A stretch of DNA of 63,477 nucleotides, filler included, from Bigelowiella natans CCMP2755 (GCA_000320545.1; 6 parts of 6 records of this genome joined end to end with filler, not necessarily neighbours in it); one strand, 5' to 3'; positions 13,503-26,043 are shown, numbered from the whole stretch's first letter. Made by a program: numbers and translations. Notes: generated by a model not told the origin, from the sequence alone.

Positions 13503-14663
13503 TCACACATGCGCGCGCGTTCTCTCTCCCCCCTCTTTTAGGAGGCATTTGCATCGAAGAACTTGTCAGGGCTAGAATTACCGAGCATGTGCCACTGGAG
13601 TGATATCTCCGGTGCATACAGGTGGTAGTCTCGTCGCGTGGGGTCGATCATCATATCTTGGGGGGGGTAGTACGTCCTCTCCCCACCATCGCTCTGTGTG
13701 ATTGTGTTCGTGCATCACTGTGTGTTGCGCGGGGGTAAATTCTCCAGGATGCTGGCGACGGAAGCCATCTTGTGCGACGGGATTACAGAGTGCCCAGGAA
13801 AGAACGAGCTGTTCGCGGAGCTGCTGCACGATCCGTATCGTAGCGATATTGGTTCAGCCAACATGCTCTTCACTGCCCAGGGAAGCGCCAGGCCCTTCGC
13901 GCGCAAGATCGCTCGAGGTAGAGAAATAGACGCAATGAAGGGATTGCGCTCTTTTCATCGAGAATGGAACGGAAGCCTCAATGGTGACATGACCGCCTCC
14001 GAAGATGAGGGTTTCTCCTTCCGTTCTTCACTCTATCCATCCACACGGTTTGACCATTCATTTCTTGCTTACTCATCCCTTCTCCCCCTCCCTCCCCCCC
14101 ACAGGCGAAAGCCCAGCTCCCCGCAAAGACTACGACCCCTCTCCAACACCGAGCTGGGCAGACGATTGGAACTTGTGCACGGGACGAGGTGGCGAAGGCG
14201 ATCAGTGTAGTAACAGCGGGGGCGGGGCTAGAGTCCCTAGTAGCAGCAGCAGAAGCAGGTTTGAAGGCGAAGGCGGCGATAACCACAACGACGACGAATC
14301 TCAGCACGACTTTGTGGCGGAAGATCTATGTGACTTGGACAGAAGGTCCAACCTGAGCGCCGAGGAATTTCTCGAAGAATACGCACGTGCGGGGAAGCCG
14401 GTAGTGATAGACGGCCTGCTTTCTGCGTGGCCAGCTACACGATTGTGGACGAAATCTGCGCTTTTGGCGGCAGCGGGGAGCGAGATCATCAAAGTACAGA
14501 AGGTGCGAATATGACATATGTGAGCTGCTATAGTGCGACAGACTACTCAGTTTATATCGAAGATCGCGAAAGAAAGCATGGATAGCTGAGGCATCATATC
14601 ATAGAGAATATGGTGCCCGATAATTAGGCACAAAATATAAATCATCTTTATTTTCAAGTATGA

Positions 14664-14703
<40 letters not shown>

Positions 14704-15251
14704 CTGTAGCTCTACGTACATAGAATTGTTATTACAGAGTAGCGAGGTGACATCGTACGGGGGCGGGAAAATGGACCATCAAGACGACACGCAGACTGCC
14801 TCCTCCTCCTCCTCCTCCTCCTCCTCCTCCTCCTCGGCGACAACGCCTTCAACATTCACTTTAAGAGACTACATCGAATTGATAAGCCACAATGATAGCC
14901 TCTCGGCAAACAACTCGACCTCAGGGGACACATCGTACTTCATCACTAGGGAGAAATTCCCAGGAGTGCTGCAGGCCTTTGAGCACCTCCAGCTCTTTGA
15001 GAACAGGGGCTATTTTCCCTGGGATCAGGAAAGCAGGTGTGAACATGAGCGACGCGAAAAAGGGGAGGAGGGGGAATATCAGCCAAAATGCTGTCATCGT
15101 CGCCTTTAGTTGCCAGTGACAAACTGACCTTACACTATACCGAACGTACGCAGGGAAAAAATGGCTCTGTTCATGCTTGGAGGCCATAATTCCAAGACGG
15201 GTAGTACGCAAGAGACTGACTTAAAAATTGAGAGCCTGTGTGCGCGCGCGT

Positions 15252-15292
<41 letters not shown>

Positions 15293-15699
15293 AGAAAAGA
15301 AAGAGAGAGGGATAGTGGTAAATGCCGCCGCAGATTGCATGGTTTTCCGAGCGGAGAAAAGCTCTTTTCTGAGAATATACACACCGCCGTTTTGCTGCCT
15401 GCTCAGGGTTCCACTTCCACTCAAACACCTACAACGCGTTGATTTTCGGGGTGAAGCAGTGGTATCTCCTGCCACCGGCGTCCAACCTGGGGCACGTTCA
15501 TCACTCATGGTTTGCACACCACGGCGAACTGCCGAGGGGCGGCTCGTCGCACCTTTCGAGGTACAATGCGCTGAGATGCACGCAACACCCAGGGGAAGTG
15601 CTATTCGTCCCTACCGGGTGGAAGCATGCTGTTGTCAATCGTGGAATATCTGTAGCCCTTGCCGTTGAGGTCGGGGAGCAGACGATCACGTCAATTTGA
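12531..15699 (+). CDS. JmjC (cupin-8) domain protein, JMJD8-like, with an N-terminal signal peptide; multi-exon
   Basis: Signal-like N-terminus (VMVVLLLLLAPCIA). Exons read CDLDRRSNLSAEEFLEEYARAGKPVVIDGLLSAWPA...W (14330-14502), MALFMLGGHNSKT, and GFHFHSNTYNALIFGVKQWYLLPP...CTQHPGEVLFVPTGWKHAVVN (15406-15699). Confidence 0.85.
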
Positions 15700-16439
15700 A
15701 GATCGCCTCCCTCCGATCCCCCCCCCCCCCTGCCTACGTACCAGTAGGCTATGATGTAGTCGATCGGTTGGCTAGCATCGCATCGCATGGACTGTGGAGA
15801 CCACAACATGTTTGAGCAGCTTGCTCTTGTCGCTTGTGTGCGTGCATGTTCAATTTTGCTGGCAAGGTATGCATTTTATTGTACTATCTCCAGCGCTGCA
15901 TATGAGACGGATGTAATGAATAAATAAATTACAATCTATCAACAATCACATGTGCAAATAAGCTCGCGGGTGCCCATATGCATGCATAGCCGACACATTT
16001 CTGCATGAGTATGTATGCATTTCATGTGTCATCGGTAGAATTCGTCATTCTTTGCGTACGTGGAGCTTGCATGTGCGGTATAGCCACGTACAGCTTAGCA
16101 TTTCATTCTCGATGCATCGTACCATCGCAGGCCCATTGAATTCGAAGCCGTGCACGACGTGAGAGCGCGCGCGCGCGCAAATTGATTCCAGCAGTAGTAG
16201 TGGCCAGCGCCAAAAAACCTAGCACATTTACATGCGCACGATGCACGCACGCATGCACAATGCAAGCCAGCTGTGTATGTGCACATGATGTCGGCGCAAC
16301 GTCTAATCAAGTATCGCAATACATGCATTAGCAATGATAACAAGTTGTCGCTTACTGCCTTGCTGATGGTAGCAGGGAGATTGATAAGGCCTACAAACAT
16401 CACCACTCCACTGCGTCGATGTCGCAGGATCAGCCGAAG

Positions 16440-17524
16440 GACCGACAACTTGAATGAAGATTCCGCTCGCCGCCATCAGCATTGTCACCAGGCATCAACG
16501 ACTCGTCAGGAGGTAAGGCTTGCATTGGTAGAGGCACTGAATGCGGGTGTAGACGAACTGAGAAAGATGAATGACTCACCCCCCCCCTTCTCCCCCAAAG
16601 CTCTCATAACTACTCATTGCATGTGCAGTACGTCTCACCTTCCTGTAGGAATACACTGCAGCTTCTTTCAAAGGGTAGCAGCTAGTTGACAAAATGGGGG
16701 GGGGGATTGCCAGTGAACGAATTAGAGCATTGTTTGACGAGAAATGACCACAACACCGCCATCAACAAAGCAAAGATGCAAACCCTGTGATTCTCTCCTA
16801 TTCTCCCCCCTCCTTATCGCACTCATCCTCATCACTCTATCAACTACCCATCTAGCCCACCATCAGCATTATCTAACGTCAGCATACCTGTGCTGAGCGC
16901 ACAGGAGAAGGCCATACATCGGCCAATACAGCGCACGAAAGCTGTAGTAGCAGCACGTCTCGACGCCGTATATCACCTCAGGAAGGTAACGCCTAATATT
17001 TCCCAGAATAACCATCATCATTATCACTATCATCATAGGGAGGATATTAATCAGTCATCACTAATTTCCACCCCTTCCTGCGATCTCCCCCCCCCCCCCC
17101 CCCCCCTCCCTTTTTTGTTTTTTTGGTGGAGGGGGGATGAGAAGTTAAATGAGGGGAAATCGTGGATGAGGTACACGGCCACAATGCAGAAAACGACCAC
17201 AACGATAACCTAATTAGCCAGAAGATTATAAGTGTGGAGGAACACAAGTTTCAGGGGGGGGGGGGGAAGGGAGCAGACAGCAAGAGGTCAGACTGCTTGT
17301 GGAAGCAGAGAGAGACGGATCAGGGGAGAGAGGAAGTATTCTTACGATGGCGAAGATGAGAGCATATTTTCCCCATTGGCTGGTGTCCGTCACCTGTGCA
17401 TGGTAGTTATAGTATTGTGAAGAAGCGGCTGATATACATATGAGGATTCATCATCCTTTCGCCCTTGCCAGGAACACCACACACACACACACACACACAC
17501 ACACATAAACAAAATATGTGTGTG

Positions 17525-17562
<38 letters not shown>

Positions 17563-17572
17563 ATTATATACG

Positions 17573-17616
<44 letters not shown>

Positions 17617-17935
17617 AGAGAAGAGAGAACGTACGCAGACAAACACGCACCGTCTCCAATGGGTTCTTTGGCACTGGCGGCACTGAGAGCTCCGACCCCC
17701 CGACGGAACTAGCAGTCCGCGAAGACATTAGGAGAGGGGCAGAAGAAGTGGAGGAGGAAGCTGTGGAGGAGGGGAAATGGTAAGTATCACGGTGGGAACA
17801 GGTATTATCGAGGGGAAGAAACAAGAATATCTTGATTGATTTTTTTTAATCATGAGATGAGGTGGGGGGGGTGGGGACATACAATCCTCTCACGCGCGAT
17901 CATATTAAGGATAATATCATTCTACACGCACACAA

Positions 17936-18008
<73 letters not shown>

Positions 18009-19789
18009 GTATACATTATGTATATCTAAGATGTGATGCGCGCTACAAATCGACCAATTCTAGATGTCGAGAAGTATGCATACTGTACCATCTTATTACC
18101 GTGAAGCAGATGTTGTTGCTGCTCTTCCTGCACGTTCTCCTCGACATCCTGTAGTTCTCTTTGCAGCTTTTCTCTTCCCCGCGCGGCGGAGGCTCCTCCT
18201 CTATGATTCTTGTGTGTTGCCAGTGCAGTCTTCCCGTCGGGTCGCAGCATCCTTGTCGTCTTTGCGGCATCTATCGTGCTGTGGATAAAAACGTAAGAAG
18301 AGCATGGCGAAACCCGCATTGATGAAACTACTAATACTACTACTGCTAACATAACACTACGACTACGGTGAAAACGACTAGGAAGGCAACGACGATAACA
18401 GTACACACCCAATTCTGTCTAGCTCAAAATTGATTTCTTCATCAGCTTTCTGCATCTCTCGCAGGCCGAAGTCGTCATCTCCAGCTCCCTCCACTTCATC
18501 TCGAGGAAGAATCCGCTCGCGTTGATGGTGATGGATTTCGTGAGGCAGGCCAAATCCATCCTCTCTTCCTCCTTGATGAAGCTGATTTGTGCCTTTTCTG
18601 TGCTTGGAACTCCCCTTTATTCCTTTTCTTCTTCTTCTTCTTCGGCGTTTCCTTCTCACGCTGCTGTCAGTATGGTGCTGATTCTTCTTTGGTTGCTCGC
18701 GGCTACCTTCGATGACAATATCATGCTCCTCCTCCTCTTTTGGATCATCACTTGTTAGGATGATTAAGTCCTCCACGTCATCATTTCCATCCCCCCCCTC
18801 CCCCTCCTTCCCCTCTTGGGCATCAGCATCAAAGTAGTCCTCTCTTCTTGCATCCCTTTTCTGGTTTCCTCTCTCAGTCTCGCCTGAACGATGAAACTGT
18901 GGCTGGTAATTCACCACTGTCGTTGGCATATCTCCAGATGATGTCGAGAATGGAAGTTGACCACGTGGAGAGTCATTGTTTTGCTCCTGTCCAGCCTCCT
19001 TTCCTCTTGCCTCTTTTCCTCCTCCTCTTCCTCCTCCTCCTCCTCCTCCTTCAACTGTTCCAGATAAAGAGAACCGCACGCTGCGCGAGCTGTTTTGCGG
19101 GACTTTGAGAGGGTGGGAGAGTTGCAGGCCATTCTTGCCCGGATAGCTGAGGTTGTGCCTCCCCCCCGCTGCAGACACGTGTCTCCCAGTTTCCACTATG
19201 GGAATGTTATAAATTTCGCTATGATCTATCGAAGAGGCCCCAATTCCGCACCGAAACCCGAGGCTGATTTGAATTTGGCAGTCAGTGCGAACGTCTCCTA
19301 CATTCTACATAGAAATACGAAAACAACCTGGCTAGAAAGGCCAGCACAATACATCGATATCCCAGGCTCCCAAAGGCCCTCGCCATGGACTAAAAAATAC
19401 TATGGATGTGTGTGCTCCTCCTCTGGCCCTGCCGTTCTTTCAGAAGAAGACCGGGCCTTGGCCGAACTTGTTCAGGAGGGGAGAGGAAGCCAGGATTCCA
19501 AAGTTTCAAACTTCGCCGCGATTTTCAATTTTTTTCGAAAAATCGATTTTTTCGCTCCTTTTCATGTCGCAGGCCCAAATTCTTGCCCAGAAAAACTTCG
19601 ACTTCAATACCGGTTCCCCCGACAACCATCGGGGGTTCCAGGGGAAAATTCCGATGTTCCTTCTCGGCAAGTCCCATTTTTCCATTTTTCCTGATTCGAA
19701 TTTTTGTTATGGAGTGTAACGTCGATAACGGCTGCTTTCAGCTCCAAAATGGCCTTGGTTTCAGTTGTGAATGCGATTACGTGCTGCAT
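16440..19789 (-). CDS. Hypothetical multi-exon protein, low complexity, with a hydrophobic segment near the C-terminus; ends approximate
   Basis: Long open exon 18378-19300 (acidic and basic tracts), coiled exon ~18100-18280 (REKLQRELQDVEENVQEEQQQ), exon ~17640-17770, then GKYALIFAI|VIVVVVFCIVAVYLIH (TM-like) and RYLPEVIYGVETCCYY. GT-AG boundaries are present but phases are not fully resolved. Confidence 0.5.
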
Positions 19790-20277
19790 GGCACACCGAA
19801 AAAATCATGTGCTATAGAATAGCCCAAATGAATAGCTCAATTTCTTGAAATGGCTGGCATAAGTCCTCTGATATGTCCAAACGATGCAATAATTACACAG
19901 AATTAGGTCGAAGTGAGGATCATCATGACGAGGCTGCTACTGATAATGTCTGAAATGGTGCGCAAATGGTTTTTGGGGCGGCTTTCATTCCGTGATGATT
20001 TTGGCTTAGTTTTGAGGAGTTTTCTATATCGCGACATCGCTTATACAGCTTTTACGGACAAGCAGCTGCGTTCCACCTCCGTAGAAATCATTGTATCGGT
20101 AACAACCTTCCCACCCCCATTTCTGGCATTTGCTTTGCTATTTGTGACCACTATTCCTATGGACTGGTTGAATATAAGAAGTTGGATAGAGGAAGAATGA
20201 AGGGTGCATTTTGGGTGTAAATTTTGTCTTGCGAAGAAATATGTTTCGCCTTTAGTCTCGTTTAACCGCCACCTCTC

Positions 20278-20318
<41 letters not shown>

Positions 20319-20433
20319 TTCTCTTCTCTCCCCAACGTGCAACAATTGCGTGTATAATTCTATATTGGTACAATGAAATATTCTTCGAAAATCTTACACT
20401 CTCTACTCTAAACCTAGGACTGGGAGCGAGAAG

Positions 20434-22452
20434 ATGCTATCCGTTCGCATGGTTCAGAACATGCTGGTTTTGCTAGCGATGTCTGTCCCATTTTCTGCAG
20501 CTCTAAGCTCCAAGGAGCAGGCTCCTTTGGTAAGTAATACCTCTAGCGCGGACTTCTCCTCTATTACAGCAGGAACAGCCAAGTTTGTGCAAGCGGAACC
20601 TGAGTGGGACGAGGAGACTGATAACAACAACAATAATGAACCAACATCCTTCTACATCAATCTGGATCCTAAATTCGACCCGTTGACTGTAGTGAAAAAT
20701 GGTGGGAAGGCACATATCATTGCATCGTGGGTTTTCTTCTCCATCTTCACCCTGCTCGCGTGCTGGTTGGGATACGAAACCTTCAGGAACCGCAAAGACA
20801 TGACAAAGCTCGACCAGAGCCAGACTGCAATCAACTTGGTGCTGGTGGCCCTTATTGGTCTTTGCCTTTTTAGCATCCCCATTTCGATCTTCAACGGCCA
20901 GGGACTCGTCGCCATGGAAGATGGGAAAATGTATCACACAAACGAGAACCAACTCATGTACGATGAGTACTTCGTCCCCTTTATGGTCGTAGGGGCGGTG
21001 CCGCTGCCGGCCTTTATGTCAACTTGTACCTCCCAATGGTACGTTGTCAACCCTAGACAACTCGAGGGTGGTCAGGAAACGACTCCTGGAGGGAAAAGGC
21101 CTCGCCGCCACGAGCTCGACTACCTCAAGTACTACTTCACCGCCTCAATCATCGTCTTCGCTCATTTCCTCCGCAAGAACGTCACGACGGATGGGCTGTG
21201 CGACACGATGACAATTTTTGGCAGCATGCACTGGATGGTAGGATTTGCTATCTTCACGGGGTACAACGCTCCTGTCCGCTACTCTGACTGGATCCCCCGC
21301 CGCACTACGCGGATCTTCGGCTTCATCTTCATCTACCTACTCGCGCAGGCGATGCAAATTTTGTTCGTATACTTGGTCGTGATTCCCATGATCATGGATC
21401 GCCTTCAAGGCGAGGCTATGGAAAACAAAATCCAGGAGGTGAACCCGTTCTGCGGCTACGGCGAAATCTCCGGCTGCTCCCCAGAGTACCTGAGCTTGCA
21501 TGACTTCTCCATGTACCTGGTCTACATCCCCGGGCACTCCCTGTGGTATATCAAGGCGCTTTTCATGTGGATGGTGATGCTCCCTGCGTGGCTCAACCTG
21601 AAGCTGCCGCTCACTTTCGCCTTTGTCGCTTGTCTGAGCAACAAATATTTCGGCAACCGAGGAGTGAACGAGTTTGTAGGAGTCCTTGCCTCCTCCGGAG
21701 CCGCAGACTACTGGCCATTCGTCGTCCTGGGAGGAATGGTGAAGTTCTACAACTACGACACCAAGTTTTACAGCCACATCAAGTCGAAGTCGGGCCAAAT
21801 CGCTGGAGCTGCGGTGATCGCTTTGACACTTTTCTTCTCCTTCGCGTGCCCCTTCAACCTCAACTGGATGAACGCCTTCTTCCCTATGACAGCGGAGTTC
21901 AAGAAGACCCTCCACGATGACATGTGGTGGTACTCTTTCGGTCTGCTTGGCCAAATGGTGTTGTCGTCTGCGCTCGTCGTTGGGATGATCGGCGTCTCAC
22001 CTTCCTACCCATCATACTTCACGAGAGCCGCTGGATTCTCTCTTGGCGCATACATCCTCCACTTTTATGTCGTACTTCCACTCATGGCAACAAACTTCTA
22101 CGACGACGACAGGAACTGGTCCCTGTACCGTCCACTGTTCTGGAAGTGCATCATCCTTGGCGGTGTGACGAGCACCGTTCTTATGCACCCTCCTATCGGA
22201 AAGAAGCTCGCATACCTCGTCGCTCCTCCTATGGGTTGGATGTACGTTAATGATAAGAAGAAGAATAAGGCCGACCCCAAAAAGGCAGCTGCAGAGAAGG
22301 ATTTCGCCCAGTTGGCAAAACAAGGTGCATTTGGAGATATCGTGAACGCATCTCGCGCTTCTTTGTCCGACCTCGACACGCAGAAGGCTAAAGGAAAACT
22401 CCTCTTCGAAGACGAAAAGGACGACATTGTCGCCCCCCTTATCAAAACGTAG
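20434..22452 (+). CDS. Acyltransferase-3 family (OafA/OpgC/NodX-like) polytopic membrane O-acyltransferase; intronless, 672 aa
   Basis: Uninterrupted ORF with a signal peptide (MLVLLAMSVPFSAALS) and many TM helices. Motifs RRHELDYLK...IIVFAH, GHSLWYIKALF and SLGAYILHF match the AT3 consensus (R..LD.LR...VV..H, LWYL, S..YL.H). Codon usage shows a clear C3 bias. Confidence 0.85.
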   Translation: MLSVRMVQNMLVLLAMSVPFSAALSSKEQAPLVSNTSSADFSSITAGTAKFVQAEPEWDEETDNNNNNEPTSFYINLDPKFDPLTVVKNGGKAHIIASWVFFSIFTLLACWLGYETFRNRKDMTKLDQSQTAINLVLVALIGLCLFSIPISIFNGQGLVAMEDGKMYHTNENQLMYDEYFVPFMVVGAVPLPAFMSTCTSQWYVVNPRQLEGGQETTPGGKRPRRHELDYLKYYFTASIIVFAHFLRKNVTTDGLCDTMTIFGSMHWMVGFAIFTGYNAPVRYSDWIPRRTTRIFGFIFIYLLAQAMQILFVYLVVIPMIMDRLQGEAMENKIQEVNPFCGYGEISGCSPEYLSLHDFSMYLVYIPGHSLWYIKALFMWMVMLPAWLNLKLPLTFAFVACLSNKYFGNRGVNEFVGVLASSGAADYWPFVVLGGMVKFYNYDTKFYSHIKSKSGQIAGAAVIALTLFFSFACPFNLNWMNAFFPMTAEFKKTLHDDMWWYSFGLLGQMVLSSALVVGMIGVSPSYPSYFTRAAGFSLGAYILHFYVVLPLMATNFYDDDRNWSLYRPLFWKCIILGGVTSTVLMHPPIGKKLAYLVAPPMGWMYVNDKKKNKADPKKAAAEKDFAQLAKQGAFGDIVNASRASLSDLDTQKAKGKLLFEDEKDDIVAPLIKT

Positions 22453-23223
22453 GGAGTCTACTTTCGAGTCGCTTAGCGTATAAATAAATAATGAAAGATG
22501 AAGGCACATCCCTGTTCCTTATACAGGATATGTGTTGTCCCTGATCACAAACGGTGCAGAAATGAGTCGAATACGCACCGTAAATGAGGAACATGTGTAG
22601 TTCCTCAAAATACAGACCATTTGTTATTTTTTAAAAAATGTTATGATTATTATTCCATCGCAAAAAGATGTAGAAAATGGTACGAACAAAATGTATGTCT
22701 AGACACTCTGAGCATGCGCGATTAGATGTAAGTTTGAGACAGCGCAGCTCCTGAGCGATGCATGAAACACGCACAGCGCACGCAACGCAGCGCTATAGTC
22801 GCTAGGATGAGGCTGCGATCGAATTGTCTTAGTCTAGTACTGTATCGTAGTCTAGTAGTGTCTAGCAGCAGCTATGTATATACAGGCTTGGCTACGATCT
22901 AGCGATGCAGCAGACCTATATACACCATACCCCACATTTCATTTCCCATCTGCATGCCGTCAGTAGGGGAACGACACAAAATTTTCATTTCAAAAATTCA
23001 CCTACTGACGACCTACTGCTGAATAGTAGCTATGCAAAGCAGTAGCTACGTACAGCGTATACATGTGAATGTGTCATTATGTACATACATAAATACGCTG
23101 GTGTTGGCCCTTATAAGCGCTACATGTTACATCTGTGCGTGCGCGCACATACTTACACAAGTCCCCCGCTGTTCTATATAATATGTGCACAACTACAGCT
23201 ATGCACTGCTTTGTGACAGCTCA

Positions 23224-24253
23224 TCACTGTCGTGCGAGCGAAATAATAAGCAAAGTGCTATAACATGTTCTTGCCTGAAGAAGCGGCCGTCGTAATGTCT
23301 TATTTCGATTAACAACGTGCATAACACATGACCGTCGATCAAGATCCTGGGACAGCCTCAAATTCTGTGGTCGCACCCTTGTTTGGATGTCCATAGTGAG
23401 CCGACTTTGTAGGAACGGTGACATTATTCTGATCAGCGGTTATCATTATTATTTCCCATCAGAAAGTAGTTTATTCAACTTCAGTGTCACATATGCCCCA
23501 AAATACAAACGACATGTCCAACCAACCAAACAAACGTATTAGCATAATTAATATGCGTGTGGTGTCGTGTTAAAGTTGTCGTTTTGTTTCTAAATTGTAG
23601 AAGGAGTCCCTATTGAGGAAAGATTTACAATGGTCATGCGTGGTTAAGAAATATCCGGCTAGGAAAGGCCGCACAACGGAAATTTGACTAAATTTGCACT
23701 TCATTGTATTGGTAAGTACCCTTCCTCCTACTCTCTTTAAATCCGTGGAGCCCACGTTCTCCTTCGAGTAGTCAATGTAATGATAAGGTGTAGCCAACTT
23801 TCCCGGCTTCTGAGACAATGTCCGTACAGCCTAGAGAACCGAGAGGTTCAAACGACACAAGGACATCGGAGGGGAGAAAGAAGAGCAACAAAGAACGTCG
23901 ATGAGTTTCGATTTCAAAAAAATTATAAGAGCAAAGAATCTTACATTTCCACGGTAGAGATGATTGATATTGCTCTCGAAATGAACGCCCTCATAAGGAA
24001 GGTCAGGGCTGATTCCATTCGGCGTGTTCTTGATTATCGGATCAGTGTGGGTTTCGGGCCCAAAAACGGGTAAAATACCAGGGTTGCTAGACTTTCCGAT
24101 GGGCTTCTTTGGTGGGATTACGGACATCGTCGCAGAGGTTCCTTGAATAGGTCCCATCGGTTTTTGTGTCTGGGGGTGGGCTTTTGCCACTACGATCACT
24201 AACATCATCATCAACATGGCCATCCCTTTAGTTGATGCCCTTTCAACAGTCAT
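23224..24253 (-). CDS. Small putative secreted protein of unknown function; multi-exon, 3' end uncertain
   Basis: The ATG at 24253 is followed by a hydrophobic signal (MAMLMMMLVIVVAKA|HP) and a Pro-rich linker. ...HLYRGN|gtaaga splices in phase to AVRTLSQKPGKLATPYHYIDYSKENVGSTDLKR. Confidence 0.5.
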
Positions 24254-25042
24254 CGTCAATCTTCTCTGAACAGGGATAGTTCTAATACGCGGGTGGAAAT
24301 ATCCTTGTAACTCCCAAACAGATGCGCTGGGGAATGGTGGTGTGGGGGGCGAGGAGAGAGTTTTAAATATTTCTCTGTGCTCCGCGAATTTTTATTTTTG
24401 AACCTTTAGGCCGATTTATTAAATAAATATTATTCGCGCAAAGACCCAGTCGGCAATGGCTAAGGGAAATAAAAAGGCCAGAAATCAGGTGGTATTCAGC
24501 TCCTGCGACATAGTTTTTTCGCGGGAAAATACCTCCTCCCTTCACGAGCGTCGAAACCCAGTTGTTCTACATGCATACAGGTCTAGATCTACCGGAAAGT
24601 TCCTGAGAAAAAGTGCTAGAGGTAAACACGGAAGTTTTGCTTTGAAAAGTACTTAGATATCTTTGTCGCAGATTATATTTCGCATGGTTTAGACGGCTCT
24701 TCCATCCAAAACTGGATGGTAACCGAACCGAGCCCTCGTGTGTGGAGTCATCGATCTTGTGTGTGTTTCCCCCGAGGGAGGGGGAGAGATGGGAATAAGG
24801 AGCCTTGAGATGAAAGAATATTATTTTAGTGAAGCAAACTGATAAATTTGTTTCACAACTACAGGCTAGAGCTCTCGCCCTTGTGAGAATTCTTAACATC
24901 TAGTGCCATTTCCCGACCCGGATTTAAAAAAGCTGAGCAGCTTTTCCTTCCGCGCATTCTGAGCAACATCGCAAGACTTTCCATCAGCTAAAAATCAGTA
25001 GAGGATCCAGTATTTCGTGGCAGTCTCCCGAATCTCCTGCGG

Positions 25043-25800
25043 ATGGTGAAAAAAGCAGGCGGCAAGAAAAACCAGGAAAGCGTACAAGTATGCGTGCGCC
25101 TTCGCCCTCTCAACTCAAAGGAGAAGTCTAAAAAATGCAAGCAGGTTTCAACCACGACTACACTCTAACCTTTTTCGATGTTCTTGAAATTTTGAGATTT
25201 TGATGTCATTGATGTCACCCATTGCGGGTCTCAAGACTAATTCATAAATGATGCGTTATGTGATTAACAATGGCCCGACCCTTGCACCTCTCTTCAACCG
25301 TACACCAACATCCTGCCGCACTGTAACCACACAACATCCAACGAATTGGAAAAACCTATCTATGCTAGGTATTGTTTGTCAATTCCGACCGGGGAGAAGT
25401 GGCTGTAAAGCATTCCCAGGATTCGGAGGACTACGATGAGATGAAGAGGTTGGTGGTTGCAGACCCCATTCATAATGACTGTCGCATTGCGTTGGCGCTG
25501 AAACACCACAAGTTGGGAGCGTTTGGCCCTAGCCTTCGCCTTCGACATGAAGCGATCCTTTTAGCTGTGGTGACCGTGACATATTATTCTGTCTGTCTTC
25601 GCTCAGATACACATATGACTTTGCGTTCCCCCCCACCGTGACCCAAGAGGAGGTTGGGCCCCTTGATTCGCAAAGGATAGATGTTGATTCTGTGACGTCT
25701 AATGACACCGCTTTTGAGACTATGCTTCCTTTGCCACCGTGCCAGGTTTTTGATCTGACGGCCCGGCCAATCGTAGAGAGTGTCATGGAGGGATACAATG
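25043..25800 (+). CDS. Kinesin motor domain, N-terminal part, kinesin-2 (KIF3/FLA10)-like; truncated by the contig end
   Basis: Phase-consistent exons 25043-25144, 25369-25448, 25607-25652 and 25746-25800 give MVKKAGGKKNQESVQVCVRLRPLNSKEK...VLFVNSDRGEVAVK...RYTYDFAFPPTVTQEEVFDLTARPIVESVMEGYNG, the canonical sequence just before the kinesin P-loop. Confidence 0.93.
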
Positions 25801-25943
25801 GTGCCTACCAAGCTACACGAGCAAAGAAGAAGAAGATGAAGAAGAGAGATTGGCCATTCTTCAGGCTGCCTCTCACACCAATCTTATCCATTTGTGCTTG
25901 CAACGACGTAGAAGATACTTTACTTTCATTCTGAGCTGTTTCC

Positions 25944-26043
25944 NNNNNNNNNNNNNNNNNNNNNNNNNNNNNNNNNNNNNNNNNNNNTTAATTAATTAAN
26001 NNNNNNNNNNNNNNNNNNNNNNNNNNNNNNNNNNNNNNNNNNN
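25944..26043. other. Artificial contig linker (N44-TTAATTAATTAA-N44)
   Basis: 100-bp N run with a central six-frame stop linker, identical to the four other linkers in the window. Confidence 0.99.

Noticed and set aside
19290-19360. WW-domain-like YILHRNTKTTWLERP on the + strand
   Set aside because: The first half of the WW domain is absent, and it lies antisense to an intron/exon junction of the minus-strand gene; probably chance.
19710-19822. EGF-like ECNVDNGCFQLQNGLGFSCECDYVLHGTPKKSC on the + strand
   Set aside because: It has only five Cys with wrong spacing, has no supporting gene structure, and is antisense to a candidate first exon.
20503-22509. Several overlapping ORFs (20503-20952, 21337-21954, 21543-21920, 22012-22509)
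   Set aside because: These are alternative-frame or antisense shadows caused by the codon bias of the acyltransferase gene.
25988-25999. TTAATTAATTAA palindrome repeated five times as a possible regulatory or recombination site
   Set aside because: It is always centred in N44 flanks, so it is an artificial six-frame-stop linker.
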